From assembly GCA_947427095.1 (NCBI GenBank), contig CANEGO010000002.1:27888-91887 (forward strand): a stretch of 64,000 nucleotides of DNA, written 5' to 3'. Positions 40,403 through 50,548 of the stretch are shown in pieces (positions within the stretch are counted from its first letter, which is position 1; each line of letters begins with the position of its first letter). Position numbers and translations under genes: made by a program. The notes beneath the pieces are model-generated. The model searched no databases, had not been told where the DNA came from, and was given only the letters and a program-made list of their open reading frames with translations. Source of the stretch: an uncultured Clostridium sp. (GTDB lineage: Bacteria; Bacillota_I; Bacilli_A; RF39; UBA660).

Positions 40403-40812
40403 TTTTCTACCTCCTCTATTCCCAAAGAATATGCAAATCTAATTAACGTTTCTTTTTTCTTAATGTAATAATAGCCCAAAGAGAATCCTAAATTATTAGC
40501 AATGAACCTATCATCATAATTATCTTCTTTATCAAAGTAAGTCCAATATATTATCTTTCTTTCTTCAGTTGTCAGTTTATTAAAAGAAGATCTTACATAA
40601 TTAATGAAAACAACTCTATTTTTTAATTCTTGGTTATCCCTTTTAATATAAATATTATCACTTTCATAAGAATTTAATTGTTCTAATAAAAAGTCATCAT
40701 TTATCTTTGATGCAGCTTTATTATCAACTGATAAACTATAATAAATATATTTATCTATTAACTCTTTTACATTCTTTTTGGTTTTTGGCCAATTAACATT
40801 GATTGTTTTCAT
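40399..40812 (-). CDS. ArpU-family (phage late-gene type) transcriptional regulator-like
   Basis: C-terminal sigma region-4-like segment LTTEERKIIYWTYF...IANNLGFSLGYYYIKKKETLIRFAYSLGI. Size about 137 aa. Confidence 0.45.
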   Translation of the reverse strand: MKTINVNWPKTKKNVKELIDKYIYYSLSVDNKAASKINDDFLLEQLNSYESDNIYIKRDNQELKNRVVFINYVRSSFNKLTTEERKIIYWTYFDKEDNYDDRFIANNLGFSLGYYYIKKKETLIRFAYSLGIEEVEN

Positions 40813-40959
40813 TCTGTAGTAACTCCTTTCATAATATATTCTATCATTTACAAAGATTTAAAAGTTAATATTAAATTAACAAAAAACATATAAAAAAATA
40901 AAGTAAAAGTTATATAAGCCTCTACTTTATTAATATTAGTATTTTTTAAAAATCACGCT

Positions 40960-43773
40960 TTATTTTAATATTTTTTTTAAATATTGTCCTGTGTATGATT
41001 CGGTGCATTTAGCCACCTTCTCTGGTGTTCCCTCACAAACTACGGTTCCACCGCCATCCCCACCTTCTGGTCCAAGGTCGATTATGTGGTCTGCAACTTT
41101 TATAACATCAAGATTATGTTCTATTACAATTACGGTGTCTCCATTATCAACTATCCTGTTTAGTATTATAAGTAATCTTTTAATATCATGACTATGAAGA
41201 CCAGTAGTTGGTTCGTCTAGTATAAACACACTCTTACCAGTAGGTTTCTTTTGCAGTTCTTTAGCAAGTTTTACACGTGATGCCTCACCACCTGATAGAG
41301 TTGGTGCACTTTGTCCTAGTTTTATATAACCTAATCCAACATCCATTAATACTTGTAATTTTCTTTTTATCTTAGGATGATTTTCAAAGAATTCTAAAGC
41401 TTCTTCTACGCGCATTTGTAAAACATCATAAATGGTTTTACCCTTATATTTAACTCCTAAAGTTTCCTTGTTAAATCTTGTTCCACCGCATACCTCACAA
41501 GGAACATATACATCTGGTAAGAAGTTCATTGAAATTTTCTTAACTCCGTCTCCCCAGCAAGCTTCACATCTTCCACCTTTGACGTTAAATGAAAATCTAC
41601 CTTTTTCATAACCCCTTATCTTAGCTTCCTTAGTATTTGCAAAAACATCTCTTATATCATCAAATACACCAACATAAGTTGCTGGATTACTACGAGGTGT
41701 TCTTCCGATTGGATCTTGCGTTATATCTATTACTTTATCTACGTTTTCTAATCCTTTTATGCTTCGATGTTTACCTGGAATAACTTTAGAACCATATACG
41801 TTTAGCGCTAAAGCTTTGTATAATATTTGATTTATCAAACTACTTTTACCAGAACCAGATACACCTGTTACTAAAACTAACTTACCTAAAGGAAACTTAA
41901 CGTTAATGTTTTTAAGATTATTTTCCTTAGCACCTTTTATTTCAATAAAGTTACCATTACCTTTTCTACGTTTTTTAGGAACTTCTATTTCTTTTCTTCC
42001 ACTTAGATAATCCCCTGTTAAACTTTTGGTATTTTGCATAACTTCTTCGGGCGTTCCACATGCTACTATCTCACCACCATGATCACCCGCACCAGGACCT
42101 ACGTCTACTAAATAGTCAGCTTGAAGCATAGTATCAGTATCATGTTCTACAACAACTAAAGTATTGCCTAAATCTCTCATCTTTAGTAAAGAATCAATAA
42201 GTCTTTGGTTATCTCTTTGGTGAAGACCAATACTTGGTTCATCTAGTACGTATAATACTCCCGTTAACTGTGAGCCTATTTGGGTTGCAAGTCTTATTCT
42301 TTGTGCTTCTCCGCCTGATAGTGTTCCAGCACTACGAGATAAAGTAAGATATCCTAATCCTACGTTATGTAAAAATTCTAATCTAGATTTTATCTCTTTT
42401 ATCAGAAGTTTTGCTATTTCTTCTTTTTCTTTACTTAGTTTTAATTTATCAAAGAAATCGTATAACTTATCAATGTTCATATCGGTTAAATCAATTATGT
42501 TTTTCTTATTTATTAGAACTGATAAAACACTTTGTTTAAGTCTCTTACCATTACAAGTAGGACAAGTAAGTTCTACCATGTATTTTCCAAGCCATTCTCT
42601 AATAAATTCACTATTAGTTTCAAAATATCTTCTTTCTAAGTTATTTAATATTCCTTCGTAGGCTTCAAAACTATTCATTTCGTTACCACTTCTAGTTTTA
42701 AACTTAAACTCGATAGGCTCTTTCGTACCCCTAAGAATAATATCTAATTCTTTTTTAGTGAAATCTTTCATCTTTTTATTCATATCAATATTAAATTTAT
42801 CACAAACGATTTCTAACTTTTTAATATAGATGTTTTGGTCATCCATCCCTGCAAGTGGTTCAATGCCTCCTCTTGCAAGTGTTTTTTCTTTATCTGGAAT
42901 TATTAATTGTTCACTTATTTTTTGTTTAAAACCTAATCCTTTACAATCAGGACATGATCCATAAGGAGCGTTAAAACTAAACATCCTAGGTTCTAGTTCT
43001 TCTAATGAAAAATCACAATGAGGACATGCGAAAGACTCACTCATTACAATTTCTTCTCTTCCTGGTATTTCTACAACGGCTTTTCCTTTAGATAGCCTGC
43101 AAGCTAGTTCTATCGCTTCATATATTCTGCTTCTTGACTCATCTTTTTTAACTATTCTATCTATAACAACCAATATGTTATGTTTTTTATTTTTATCTAA
43201 AACAATATCTTCACTTAAATCTCTTGTTTCATCATCTATTTTAACTCTTACATAGCCGTCTTTTCTTAAGGTTTCAAGTAAATCTTTAAAAGTACCTTTT
43301 TCACCATACGCTACTGGTGACATAATAATAAGTTTTGTACCATCTTCTTCATTCATTATCTGGGTAGTCATCTCTTCAATAGATTGACTAGATATCGGAA
43401 TATTATGATTAGGACAATATGGCACACCAATTCTTGCAAATAAAAGTCTAAAATAATCATATATTTCAGTTACCGTTCCGACCGTTGACCTCGGATTATT
43501 ATTAGTAGTTTTCTGATCTATCGAAATAGATGGAGAAAGTCCTTCTATCGAGTCCACGTCTGGTTTTGAAGTTCCCCCTAAAAATTGTCTTGCATATGCA
43601 CTTAAAGATTCAACATATCTTCTTTGACCTTCTGCATATATAGTATCAAAAGCTAAACTAGACTTACCACTTCCTGATACACCAGTCATTACCGTTAACT
43701 TATCCTTTGGTATTTCAATATTAATATTTTTTAGATTATTTTCCCTAGCGCCTTTTACTATTATTTTATCCAT
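40960..43773 (-). CDS. uvrA: excinuclease ABC subunit A
   Basis: Two ABC modules (GVSGSGKSS twice). Zinc-finger cysteines. Start set at MDKIIVKGAREN, preceded by AAAAAGGTGA. Confidence 0.95.
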   Translation of the reverse strand: MDKIIVKGARENNLKNINIEIPKDKLTVMTGVSGSGKSSLAFDTIYAEGQRRYVESLSAYARQFLGGTSKPDVDSIEGLSPSISIDQKTTNNNPRSTVGTVTEIYDYFRLLFARIGVPYCPNHNIPISSQSIEEMTTQIMNEEDGTKLIIMSPVAYGEKGTFKDLLETLRKDGYVRVKIDDETRDLSEDIVLDKNKKHNILVVIDRIVKKDESRSRIYEAIELACRLSKGKAVVEIPGREEIVMSESFACPHCDFSLEELEPRMFSFNAPYGSCPDCKGLGFKQKISEQLIIPDKEKTLARGGIEPLAGMDDQNIYIKKLEIVCDKFNIDMNKKMKDFTKKELDIILRGTKEPIEFKFKTRSGNEMNSFEAYEGILNNLERRYFETNSEFIREWLGKYMVELTCPTCNGKRLKQSVLSVLINKKNIIDLTDMNIDKLYDFFDKLKLSKEKEEIAKLLIKEIKSRLEFLHNVGLGYLTLSRSAGTLSGGEAQRIRLATQIGSQLTGVLYVLDEPSIGLHQRDNQRLIDSLLKMRDLGNTLVVVEHDTDTMLQADYLVDVGPGAGDHGGEIVACGTPEEVMQNTKSLTGDYLSGRKEIEVPKKRRKGNGNFIEIKGAKENNLKNINVKFPLGKLVLVTGVSGSGKSSLINQILYKALALNVYGSKVIPGKHRSIKGLENVDKVIDITQDPIGRTPRSNPATYVGVFDDIRDVFANTKEAKIRGYEKGRFSFNVKGGRCEACWGDGVKKISMNFLPDVYVPCEVCGGTRFNKETLGVKYKGKTIYDVLQMRVEEALEFFENHPKIKRKLQVLMDVGLGYIKLGQSAPTLSGGEASRVKLAKELQKKPTGKSVFILDEPTTGLHSHDIKRLLIILNRIVDNGDTVIVIEHNLDVIKVADHIIDLGPEGGDGGGTVVCEGTPEKVAKCTESYTGQYLKKILK

Positions 43774-43835
43774 AACTATCACCTTTTTTCTAATATCAAT
43801 TCTATCATAAATACAAATTATTTCAACCAAAATAT

Positions 43836-43847
43836 GAACAATTGTAC
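43836..43847. promoter_or_regulatory. possible LexA (Cheo-type) box upstream of uvrA
   Basis: GAACAATTGTAC matches the palindromic core GAAC-N4-GTTC at 11 of 12 positions. It lies 63-74 nt upstream of the uvrA ATG. Confidence 0.3.
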
Positions 43848-43918
43848 TATATATTGGCATTTGTTGATATATATTTTAACACACAATTAAAAAAATGATT
43901 ATGTAAAATATAACCATT

Positions 43919-44827
43919 TTATTTTTTAATATAAAAAGTCGTTTTCATACCATGGGCCTCTGTTTCAAAAAAATAATTACTATGTTCATCAACAAACCTG
44001 GGGTTCATTCCATTCTTACCTATTTCAAAACCATCAAATTTATATTTTGCAGTACCATAACCAGCTTGAATAAGGCCACCATCCGTTAAATTATTATTTA
44101 ATGATTTCAATAATTTCAAATAATCCTTTAGCTCTTTTTCAGTAAAATAGCTACTTATATTAGAAAAAACCATTGCTGAATAAGTTTCATTTCCTAAATT
44201 TTGTTTTAAATCAAATATGTTACAGTCAATAAAATCTAATGAAGAAATCTCTCTTATTCTTTGTTTTACTACTTCATAATTTCTTCTTGTTAAATAACCT
44301 GCTAATTTTGGGTAATACTTAATATTAACTAGATTATATTTTTCAACAGCTTTAGCAGTTTTCATAAATTCATAAAGTAATTCAAAAAATTTAGCACAAG
44401 AATAATTCATATTAGAACACACCTTATTATATAAATTAACGTTTGGATTTGTTAAAAAACCTCCTGCTATGGAATTGGAAAATGGAATATATATCTTGTA
44501 TAATTTTATAAATTCTTCATAAGATAAACAATCAATGGCTACAAATTTAAAAATCGCAAAATACTTTGCCAAACGATTAATATCAAACATCTTAACGTAA
44601 GGAGCACCATTTAGTATCGCCATTAAAGCTTGATCTCCTGATGCAGTTACCGTAAGAACACCTTTGCTAGAATCTAATACGTTGAATATATCATTTAGTC
44701 TATCATTAGTGAATGGATAAATATTATCATATTTACTAAAGTTAGGTGAAAACATTCCCTTGCCTACTTTTGCTAACCCTTTTAATTGAAGAAAGTCTTC
44801 ATCAGCCATTTGTTTTGTTATTTCCAT
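43919..44827 (-). CDS. DUF3419/BtaA-like SAM-dependent transferase-fold protein
   Basis: VLTVTASGDQALMAILNGAPYVKMFDINRLAKYFAIFKFVAIDCLSYEEFIKLY follows the DUF3419 pattern (SaGdN.L..L...P..V.avDlN.aQ...l.LK.aa...L.yeeF). Recalled from memory. Confidence 0.45.
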   Translation of the reverse strand: MEITKQMADEDFLQLKGLAKVGKGMFSPNFSKYDNIYPFTNDRLNDIFNVLDSSKGVLTVTASGDQALMAILNGAPYVKMFDINRLAKYFAIFKFVAIDCLSYEEFIKLYKIYIPFSNSIAGGFLTNPNVNLYNKVCSNMNYSCAKFFELLYEFMKTAKAVEKYNLVNIKYYPKLAGYLTRRNYEVVKQRIREISSLDFIDCNIFDLKQNLGNETYSAMVFSNISSYFTEKELKDYLKLLKSLNNNLTDGGLIQAGYGTAKYKFDGFEIGKNGMNPRFVDEHSNYFFETEAHGMKTTFYIKK

Positions 44828-44951
44828 ACTATCCCTCTTTTATTGGTTAAATATAATAACACAAAACAAAGAATAAATGCAAATACTACCTGTTTATAGT
44901 TTAATATTATTATTTTCAGCATTACAATCAAAGTGAGTAAAAATATATCAT

Positions 44952-45171
44952 TCAATAATCTTTAAATCTTCCACGTTTTCAACCCCTTTTATGAATTTTA
45001 ATGGCATAGTTTCATTTTGTAATCTGCTAAAATTGCTTTGATTATTACTTTATTAAAATTTCTCCATTATTTATATTCTAATATCTTTTGTAATTCACGA
45101 GCTTCCCAATACTCATTACCATATTCATCAATATGTTTAATACTTTCATTATACTTTTTTAAATTTATCAT
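44952..45171 (-). pseudogene. decayed dinD-like (DNA-damage-inducible protein D) remnant
   Basis: A good SD (AAAGGAA) precedes MINLKKYNESIKHIDEYGNEYWEARELQKILEYK, then TAA. Similarity continues (W R, then after a 1-nt shift NFNKVIIKAILA...), with further stops. Confidence 0.45.
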
Positions 45172-45338
45172 ACAAATATTCCTTTCGTTTGCATAGTAGT
45201 ATTTATTTAAATAGCATGCAAATTACTAAAATAACGTTTTTATAATTTTTATGGTATAAAAAAAAGAAAAATTGATAAACAAAATTTCTTTTTTTGAATT
45301 ATTTTTCTATTTTTAAAGCATTTTAGTAAAATTATTTT

Positions 45339-47303
45339 TTAACCAACTTTCATCTCAAATATAATATCACGTAATTCCATTGCACGTTCGAAGTCTAGGT
45401 CTTTAGCAGCTTTTTGCATTTCTTCTTCTAATTGTTTAATAAGTTTATCATTGTGTATTTCTTCACGTTTACGATGTTTTTTATCCTTTGATGAATCATC
45501 ATTTACACTTACTACGTCCATTATCTTCTTTTTAATTGTTTGTGGAACAATACCATGTTTTTCATTATATTTAATTTGGATAGCACGACGTCTTTTAGTT
45601 TCCTCTATCGCAGTTTTCATCGCATCACTTATAATATCTCCGTACATAATTACTCTACCACTAGCGTTTCTCGCACATCTACCAATTGTTTGGATTAAAC
45701 TACGATGACTTCTTAAGAATCCTTGTTTATCTGCATCAAGTATTGCAACTAAACTAACTTCTGGGATATCTAATCCTTCTCTTAAAAGGTTTATACCAAC
45801 TAAAACGTCATACTTGCCTTCTCTTAAGTCGTGTATTATTTTAAGTCTTTCTAGCGTCTTTACCTCACTGTGAAGGTAAGCAACCTTTATGTTTAAATTC
45901 TTTAAGTAAGAAGTAAGTTCTTCTGCCATGCGAATAGTAAGTGTTGTAACAAGGGTTCTATCTCCTTTATCTATTTGCTTTTGTATTTCTTCTATTAAAT
46001 CATCTATTTGATTTTTAGATTTTCTTACCTCTATTACTGGATCAAGAAGCCCAGTTGGTCTTATTATTTGTTCTACAACATTGTTATTAACTTTTTGTAA
46101 TTCCTCATCTCCCGGAGTTGCAGATACATAAATAATTTGATTTATTTTTTCTTCAAACTCTTCATACTTAAGTGGCCTGTTATCTAGCGCAGAAGGAAGT
46201 CTAAACCCATAATCAACAAGCATCTGTTTTCTTGCTCTATCCCCGTTATACATAGCTTTTACCTGTGGTAAAGTAACATGTGATTCATCTACTACCATTA
46301 AAAAATCATCTGGGAAGAAGTCTAAAAGACATGTTGGAGTTTCTCCTTCAGCTTTTAAAGCAAGATGTCTTGAGTAATTTTCTACTCCTGAACAAAAGCC
46401 TGTTTCTGCAAGCATTTCCAAGTCATACTTACACCTCTGTTCCAGGCGTTCAGCTTCTAATAATTTACCATTTTCTTTAAAATACTTTAATCTATCATTT
46501 AATTCTTCTCTAATATTGACAATCGCCTTCTTTAATTTTTCTTCACTTGTTACGAAGTGCGAAGCTGGCATTATTGATATAAACTTTTTATCACTAACAA
46601 CTACACCAGTTAATACATCAAACTCTGATATCCTATCTATTTCATCGCCAAATAGTTCAATTCTAATTCCATGAGATTTTTCATAAACAGGAATAACTTC
46701 TATAACATCACCTTTCGCTCTAAAAGTACCACGTACTAAATCAATGTTATTTCTTTCGTACATCATATCAACTAGTTTAGATAACACTTCGTTTCTGTTT
46801 ATTTCCTGTCCAACTTTTAAAGTAAGCATATGGTTTTCATATTCTTCTTTATCACCAATACCATATATACACGAAACAGATGCTACTACTATTACATCTT
46901 TAGCATTTATAAGTGAAGAAGTAGCATAATGCCTTAACTCATCTATCTCATCATTTATTGAAGAATCTTTTTCTATATATGTATCACTAGATGGAACGTA
47001 AGCTTCTGGTTGATAATAATCATAGTATGAGACAAAGTAACAAACCTGATTGTTAGGGAACAACTCTTTTAACTCAGAATATAACTGGCCCGCAAGTGTT
47101 TTATTGTGTGCAAGTACCAGTGTTGGCTTGTTAACTTCTTTGATTACATTTGCTATTGTAAAAGTCTTACCAGTCCCCGTAGCCCCTAGTAAAACTTGAT
47201 ATTTCTTGCCATTTTTAATTCCATCAGAAAGCTCTTTTATCGCTTCTGGTTGATCCCCGCTTGGGTGGAATTTTGATACTAAATTAAAAATACTTTCATT
47301 CAT
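45339..47303 (-). CDS. uvrB: excinuclease ABC subunit B
   Basis: GATGTGKTF Walker A, DESH box, C-terminal UVR domain. Confidence 0.95.
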   Translation of the reverse strand: MNESIFNLVSKFHPSGDQPEAIKELSDGIKNGKKYQVLLGATGTGKTFTIANVIKEVNKPTLVLAHNKTLAGQLYSELKELFPNNQVCYFVSYYDYYQPEAYVPSSDTYIEKDSSINDEIDELRHYATSSLINAKDVIVVASVSCIYGIGDKEEYENHMLTLKVGQEINRNEVLSKLVDMMYERNNIDLVRGTFRAKGDVIEVIPVYEKSHGIRIELFGDEIDRISEFDVLTGVVVSDKKFISIMPASHFVTSEEKLKKAIVNIREELNDRLKYFKENGKLLEAERLEQRCKYDLEMLAETGFCSGVENYSRHLALKAEGETPTCLLDFFPDDFLMVVDESHVTLPQVKAMYNGDRARKQMLVDYGFRLPSALDNRPLKYEEFEEKINQIIYVSATPGDEELQKVNNNVVEQIIRPTGLLDPVIEVRKSKNQIDDLIEEIQKQIDKGDRTLVTTLTIRMAEELTSYLKNLNIKVAYLHSEVKTLERLKIIHDLREGKYDVLVGINLLREGLDIPEVSLVAILDADKQGFLRSHRSLIQTIGRCARNASGRVIMYGDIISDAMKTAIEETKRRRAIQIKYNEKHGIVPQTIKKKIMDVVSVNDDSSKDKKHRKREEIHNDKLIKQLEEEMQKAAKDLDFERAMELRDIIFEMKVG

Positions 47304-47317
47304 TTAACTCACCTATT

Positions 47318-47587
47318 CTATTTTTTTTGAGGAAATATATCATTTCTAAATGTTGGAATATTAGTCATTTCTTTACCATCAAAAACATAAATTTCGTCTA
47401 GCGATTGAATACTAGAACCATCGTAAAAAAGAACATTAAACTCTCCGTTAGGTAAAGCAATTCCTTGTAAAACAAAGTTATTACGTGTAGCTTCTTCTTG
47501 AGCATCAACTAAAAGTTTAACATCACTTACAGATATGTTTAATCCGCTTTCCCTTAATTTAAGAGGGTTTTCAGACAAATTATACAT
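47318..47587 (-). CDS. hypothetical protein (89 aa), probably the 3' part of a split gene
   Basis: Becomes in frame with the upstream ORF if the A7 run (47601-47607) were A8. Confidence 0.4.
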   Translation of the reverse strand: MYNLSENPLKLRESGLNISVSDVKLLVDAQEEATRNNFVLQGIALPNGEFNVLFYDGSSIQSLDEIYVFDGKEMTNIPTFRNDIFPQKK

Positions 47588-47595
47588 AGAATCTA

Positions 47596-48084
47596 TTATC
47601 TTTTTTTATTTTCAGGTAAATTACTTTCTATATCTATTCTAAATGGATGAGTATGCCCTAATAACAATACTTTATTACTTTTTTCATTATTATTTAGAAA
47701 TGCATTTATTTTCGATAATAGTTCATCACCAATAGTAGTAGAAATTATGCTATTATTACTATTAGTATCCTCTGCATATTCGCTTAAAAATATTATAACT
47801 TTACCATCATTATCCATAATTATTTGTCCAAACAAAGCAAAGGATTGTTCTAAAGATTCAAATTCTTGCTTTTCTCTCATTTTTGAAAGAAAAGTATTTA
47901 CTTCTTTAGCTAATATTACTTTAGAGGGTAATGATTCCTTTATCATTCCAAAACCAAAACCTGCATGGTTTAACATTTCATCAGTCAAATATATATTTGA
48001 TTCCATTAAACCTCTATGAATCATATTAGTTACCCCTAAGTTTTCTAAGACTCTTTTTACATTTTCATTCATATTAATCAACAA
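47596..48084 (-). CDS. hypothetical protein (162 aa), weak JAB/MPN-like motifs, probably the 5' part of a split gene
   Basis: EQSFALFGQI ... LLLGHTHP resembles the E..G.l.G / HxHP motifs. The ORF ends 16 codons after HTHP, at the A7 run. Confidence 0.4.
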   Translation of the reverse strand: MLINMNENVKRVLENLGVTNMIHRGLMESNIYLTDEMLNHAGFGFGMIKESLPSKVILAKEVNTFLSKMREKQEFESLEQSFALFGQIIMDNDGKVIIFLSEYAEDTNSNNSIISTTIGDELLSKINAFLNNNEKSNKVLLLGHTHPFRIDIESNLPENKKR

Positions 48085-48467
48085 ACTTTCTAAAAATTTA
48101 ATTTTAAATATAATATTTATAATTTTATTCTAACATTTAACTCATAACAAAAGCAAGAATGAAAAAAAGCATTATTATATTTTAGTCTTTTCTCTTAATA
48201 ATGCTTTACTAGTTTCATAAAATATATTTTCCAAACTATTTTTTTAAAAATTTCTTTTTGTATAGGATCTCACCCTTCTGTTTTATCACTTCTACACTCA
48301 TAGTATAATTTTCTACAATTCTAACAGCATCTTCCACAATAAATTCATTTTTATTATTATTTTTATACAAGTTATAAATAAGAAATTATCTTATTCTTGC
48401 TATACTTTTCACAAAAAAACTATTTTTCATTTCAAAAAATAGCTCAAACAATATTAATTTCATAATA

Positions 48468-49688
48468 TTAGTGTTTTCTTTTGAATATTTTCGTATTTTC
48501 CTTTACTATTTCTATTAATATATCACTTTCTGCCTGCATATCCTCATAACAAACATATTCATAAACACTATGGAATGCATCTCCACCAACACCTAAATTA
48601 GGGCAAGGAATTCCGTTACTTGACAACCTAGTACCATCAGTACCACCTCTAGTTAACACTTGTTTTGGCTCGATTCCCACGTTTTTAGCTGCCGCTAACG
48701 CATTTTCAACAATATAAAAACTATCTTTAATAACTTCATACATATTATAATAAGAATCTACTATTTTTAAAGTAATTTTAATACTATACTTTTCTGATAA
48801 TTCGTCTACTATCTTCTTTAAGGTTTCTTTTCTATTTTCAAACCCTTTTAAACTAAAATCCCTAATTAGATAGTCTATGGTTGCTCTTGAATGACTACCA
48901 TTGGTATGGAAATGGTGATAAAAGCCCTCATCTTTTTCTGTATTTTCTGGTCTTTCATTAGGAATCATAGAATCTAACTCATTTGCCACCGTTAAAGCAT
49001 TTACCATTTTGTCTTTAGCATTGCCAGTGTGCGTAGATACACCCTCTATTTCTATATAAGCAGTTGCAGCATTAAAATTATTATAAGAAATCTCTCCTGC
49101 TGCATAACCATCAACGGTGTAAGCATAATCTACTGGAAACCTTTCATATGAAAAGTTTTCTACGCTATTTCCTATTTCTTCATCTGGAGTAAAACATACG
49201 TATATATCGCCATGATCACACTCATTTTGTGAAAAATATTCGAGCATATTAATTATTTCAGCAATACCTGCTTTATCATCAGCACCTAATAAACTTGTTC
49301 CATCAGCTGTTATTATAGTCTTTCCTATTTTATCTTTTAACCCCGGATAATTTTCTGGATCTATTATTACCTCATTATTTAATTTTATTATAGAGCCATC
49401 ATAATTATAATGGATAACTGGATTTATCTTAGATGATGGAGCATCTTCAGATGTGTCCACATGGGAAATAAATCCTATTTTATCATACTTTTCATTACCC
49501 TTTAAAACAGCATATATATAACAATTTTCTTTATCATAATATATATCATCTATTCCTAAGTCCTTTAATTCGTCATATAATAAATTTGCTAATAAAAACT
49601 GAGAATTAGTACTAGGTATAGTTTCACTTTTAGAATTTGATGTCGTAGGTATTTTTACATATTTTAAAAATCTATCTAATAATTTCAT
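48468..49688 (-). CDS. pepT: peptidase T (M20B tripeptidase)
   Basis: N-terminus LLDRFLKYVKIPTTS. HVDT, GADDKAG, and DEEIG motifs. Confidence 0.9.
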   Translation of the reverse strand: MKLLDRFLKYVKIPTTSNSKSETIPSTNSQFLLANLLYDELKDLGIDDIYYDKENCYIYAVLKGNEKYDKIGFISHVDTSEDAPSSKINPVIHYNYDGSIIKLNNEVIIDPENYPGLKDKIGKTIITADGTSLLGADDKAGIAEIINMLEYFSQNECDHGDIYVCFTPDEEIGNSVENFSYERFPVDYAYTVDGYAAGEISYNNFNAATAYIEIEGVSTHTGNAKDKMVNALTVANELDSMIPNERPENTEKDEGFYHHFHTNGSHSRATIDYLIRDFSLKGFENRKETLKKIVDELSEKYSIKITLKIVDSYYNMYEVIKDSFYIVENALAAAKNVGIEPKQVLTRGGTDGTRLSSNGIPCPNLGVGGDAFHSVYEYVCYEDMQAESDILIEIVKENTKIFKRKH

Positions 49689-49759
49689 AAAATCTTCCTT
49701 TCTTAGCTTGTATTATATCACAATTATTGTCAAAAAAAGCAAGATAATAAAAGCGTATC

Positions 49760-50548
49760 TTACTTTTTCACTTTATCTATGTAGTCATCTTCAACATAAG
49801 TTACGTTTAACTTAGTCAATTGCTCTTTAGAAATATGAATAACTTTTCCACAGCATGGTTTAAAATTTTCGTTACCATATACTAACCAAATTACATTTAT
49901 ACCTTTCAAATCATCTTTTGGCATAGTACCGGGGCAAGGTTCTCCATCCGTGAATACTATTTTATTAATTTCTTTTTTCTTAGTAAATAATCTTACCGCT
50001 AGATCCCAGTCTTCTGTCCAGGCAAATGAACCACGAACAGCTTCCGGAATAGAAAAATTATCTATATCTTTATTTGATTTAATTTCAACCATTCCCCAAA
50101 ACTTTTCATTAAAACATCCTACTTTTAATTTAGACTGTTTTAATAATGGTTTTAATGTTCTTAAAAAGGCTTTAACCATATCCAATTCTACTGATCCAGA
50201 AACATCTATCATTACTTCTGTTTCAGCATCTTCTTCTAGTTCATTTTCTTCTAATCTATACGCATAGTTATTTTCAGCGATAGAACGCCTATTACTCCAA
50301 ACACTTTCACTTTTTTCTATTTCTTTACGTAGTAATGTTTCCCAAGGAATAGTATCGTTGTCTTCTCCCACATTTCCAAAATTCATCTTATTAGATGAAT
50401 TATCATTTGAAACTTTTCTTTGTATTTCTTCCTTAGCTTTTTGAAAATTTTCTTTAGCAATTCTTTTTCTTTCTTCCCTATTTTGTTGAAACTCATTTTT
50501 TTCATCTATTGAAGGATTATTCATTTTATTTTGGGAATCACCGTGCAT
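49760..50548 (-). CDS. VWA-like (DUF2201-type) domain protein, likely a remnant of a larger gene
   Basis: MIDVSGSV MIDAS-like motif ... VFTDGEP ... VIWLVYG. The reading frame stays open upstream to a TAA at 50711-50713. Confidence 0.5.
   Translation of the reverse strand: MHGDSQNKMNNPSIDEKNEFQQNREERKRIAKENFQKAKEEIQRKVSNDNSSNKMNFGNVGEDNDTIPWETLLRKEIEKSESVWSNRRSIAENNYAYRLEENELEEDAETEVMIDVSGSVELDMVKAFLRTLKPLLKQSKLKVGCFNEKFWGMVEIKSNKDIDNFSIPEAVRGSFAWTEDWDLAVRLFTKKKEINKIVFTDGEPCPGTMPKDDLKGINVIWLVYGNENFKPCCGKVIHISKEQLTKLNVTYVEDDYIDKVKK

Noticed and set aside
47596-48084. Reading LLLGHTHP as motif V (GHTHxP) of a calcineurin-like metallophosphoesterase
   Set aside because: The upstream GDxH, GDxxDRG and GNH(D/E) motifs required for that fold are absent.
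48240-48380. Coding-like minus-strand stretch (...NEFIVEDAVRIVENYTMSVEVIKQKGEILYKKKFLKK) between pepT and the split gene
   Set aside because: About 45 codons, with no ATG or convincing start and no recognisable similarity. It could be debris, but I cannot support a feature.
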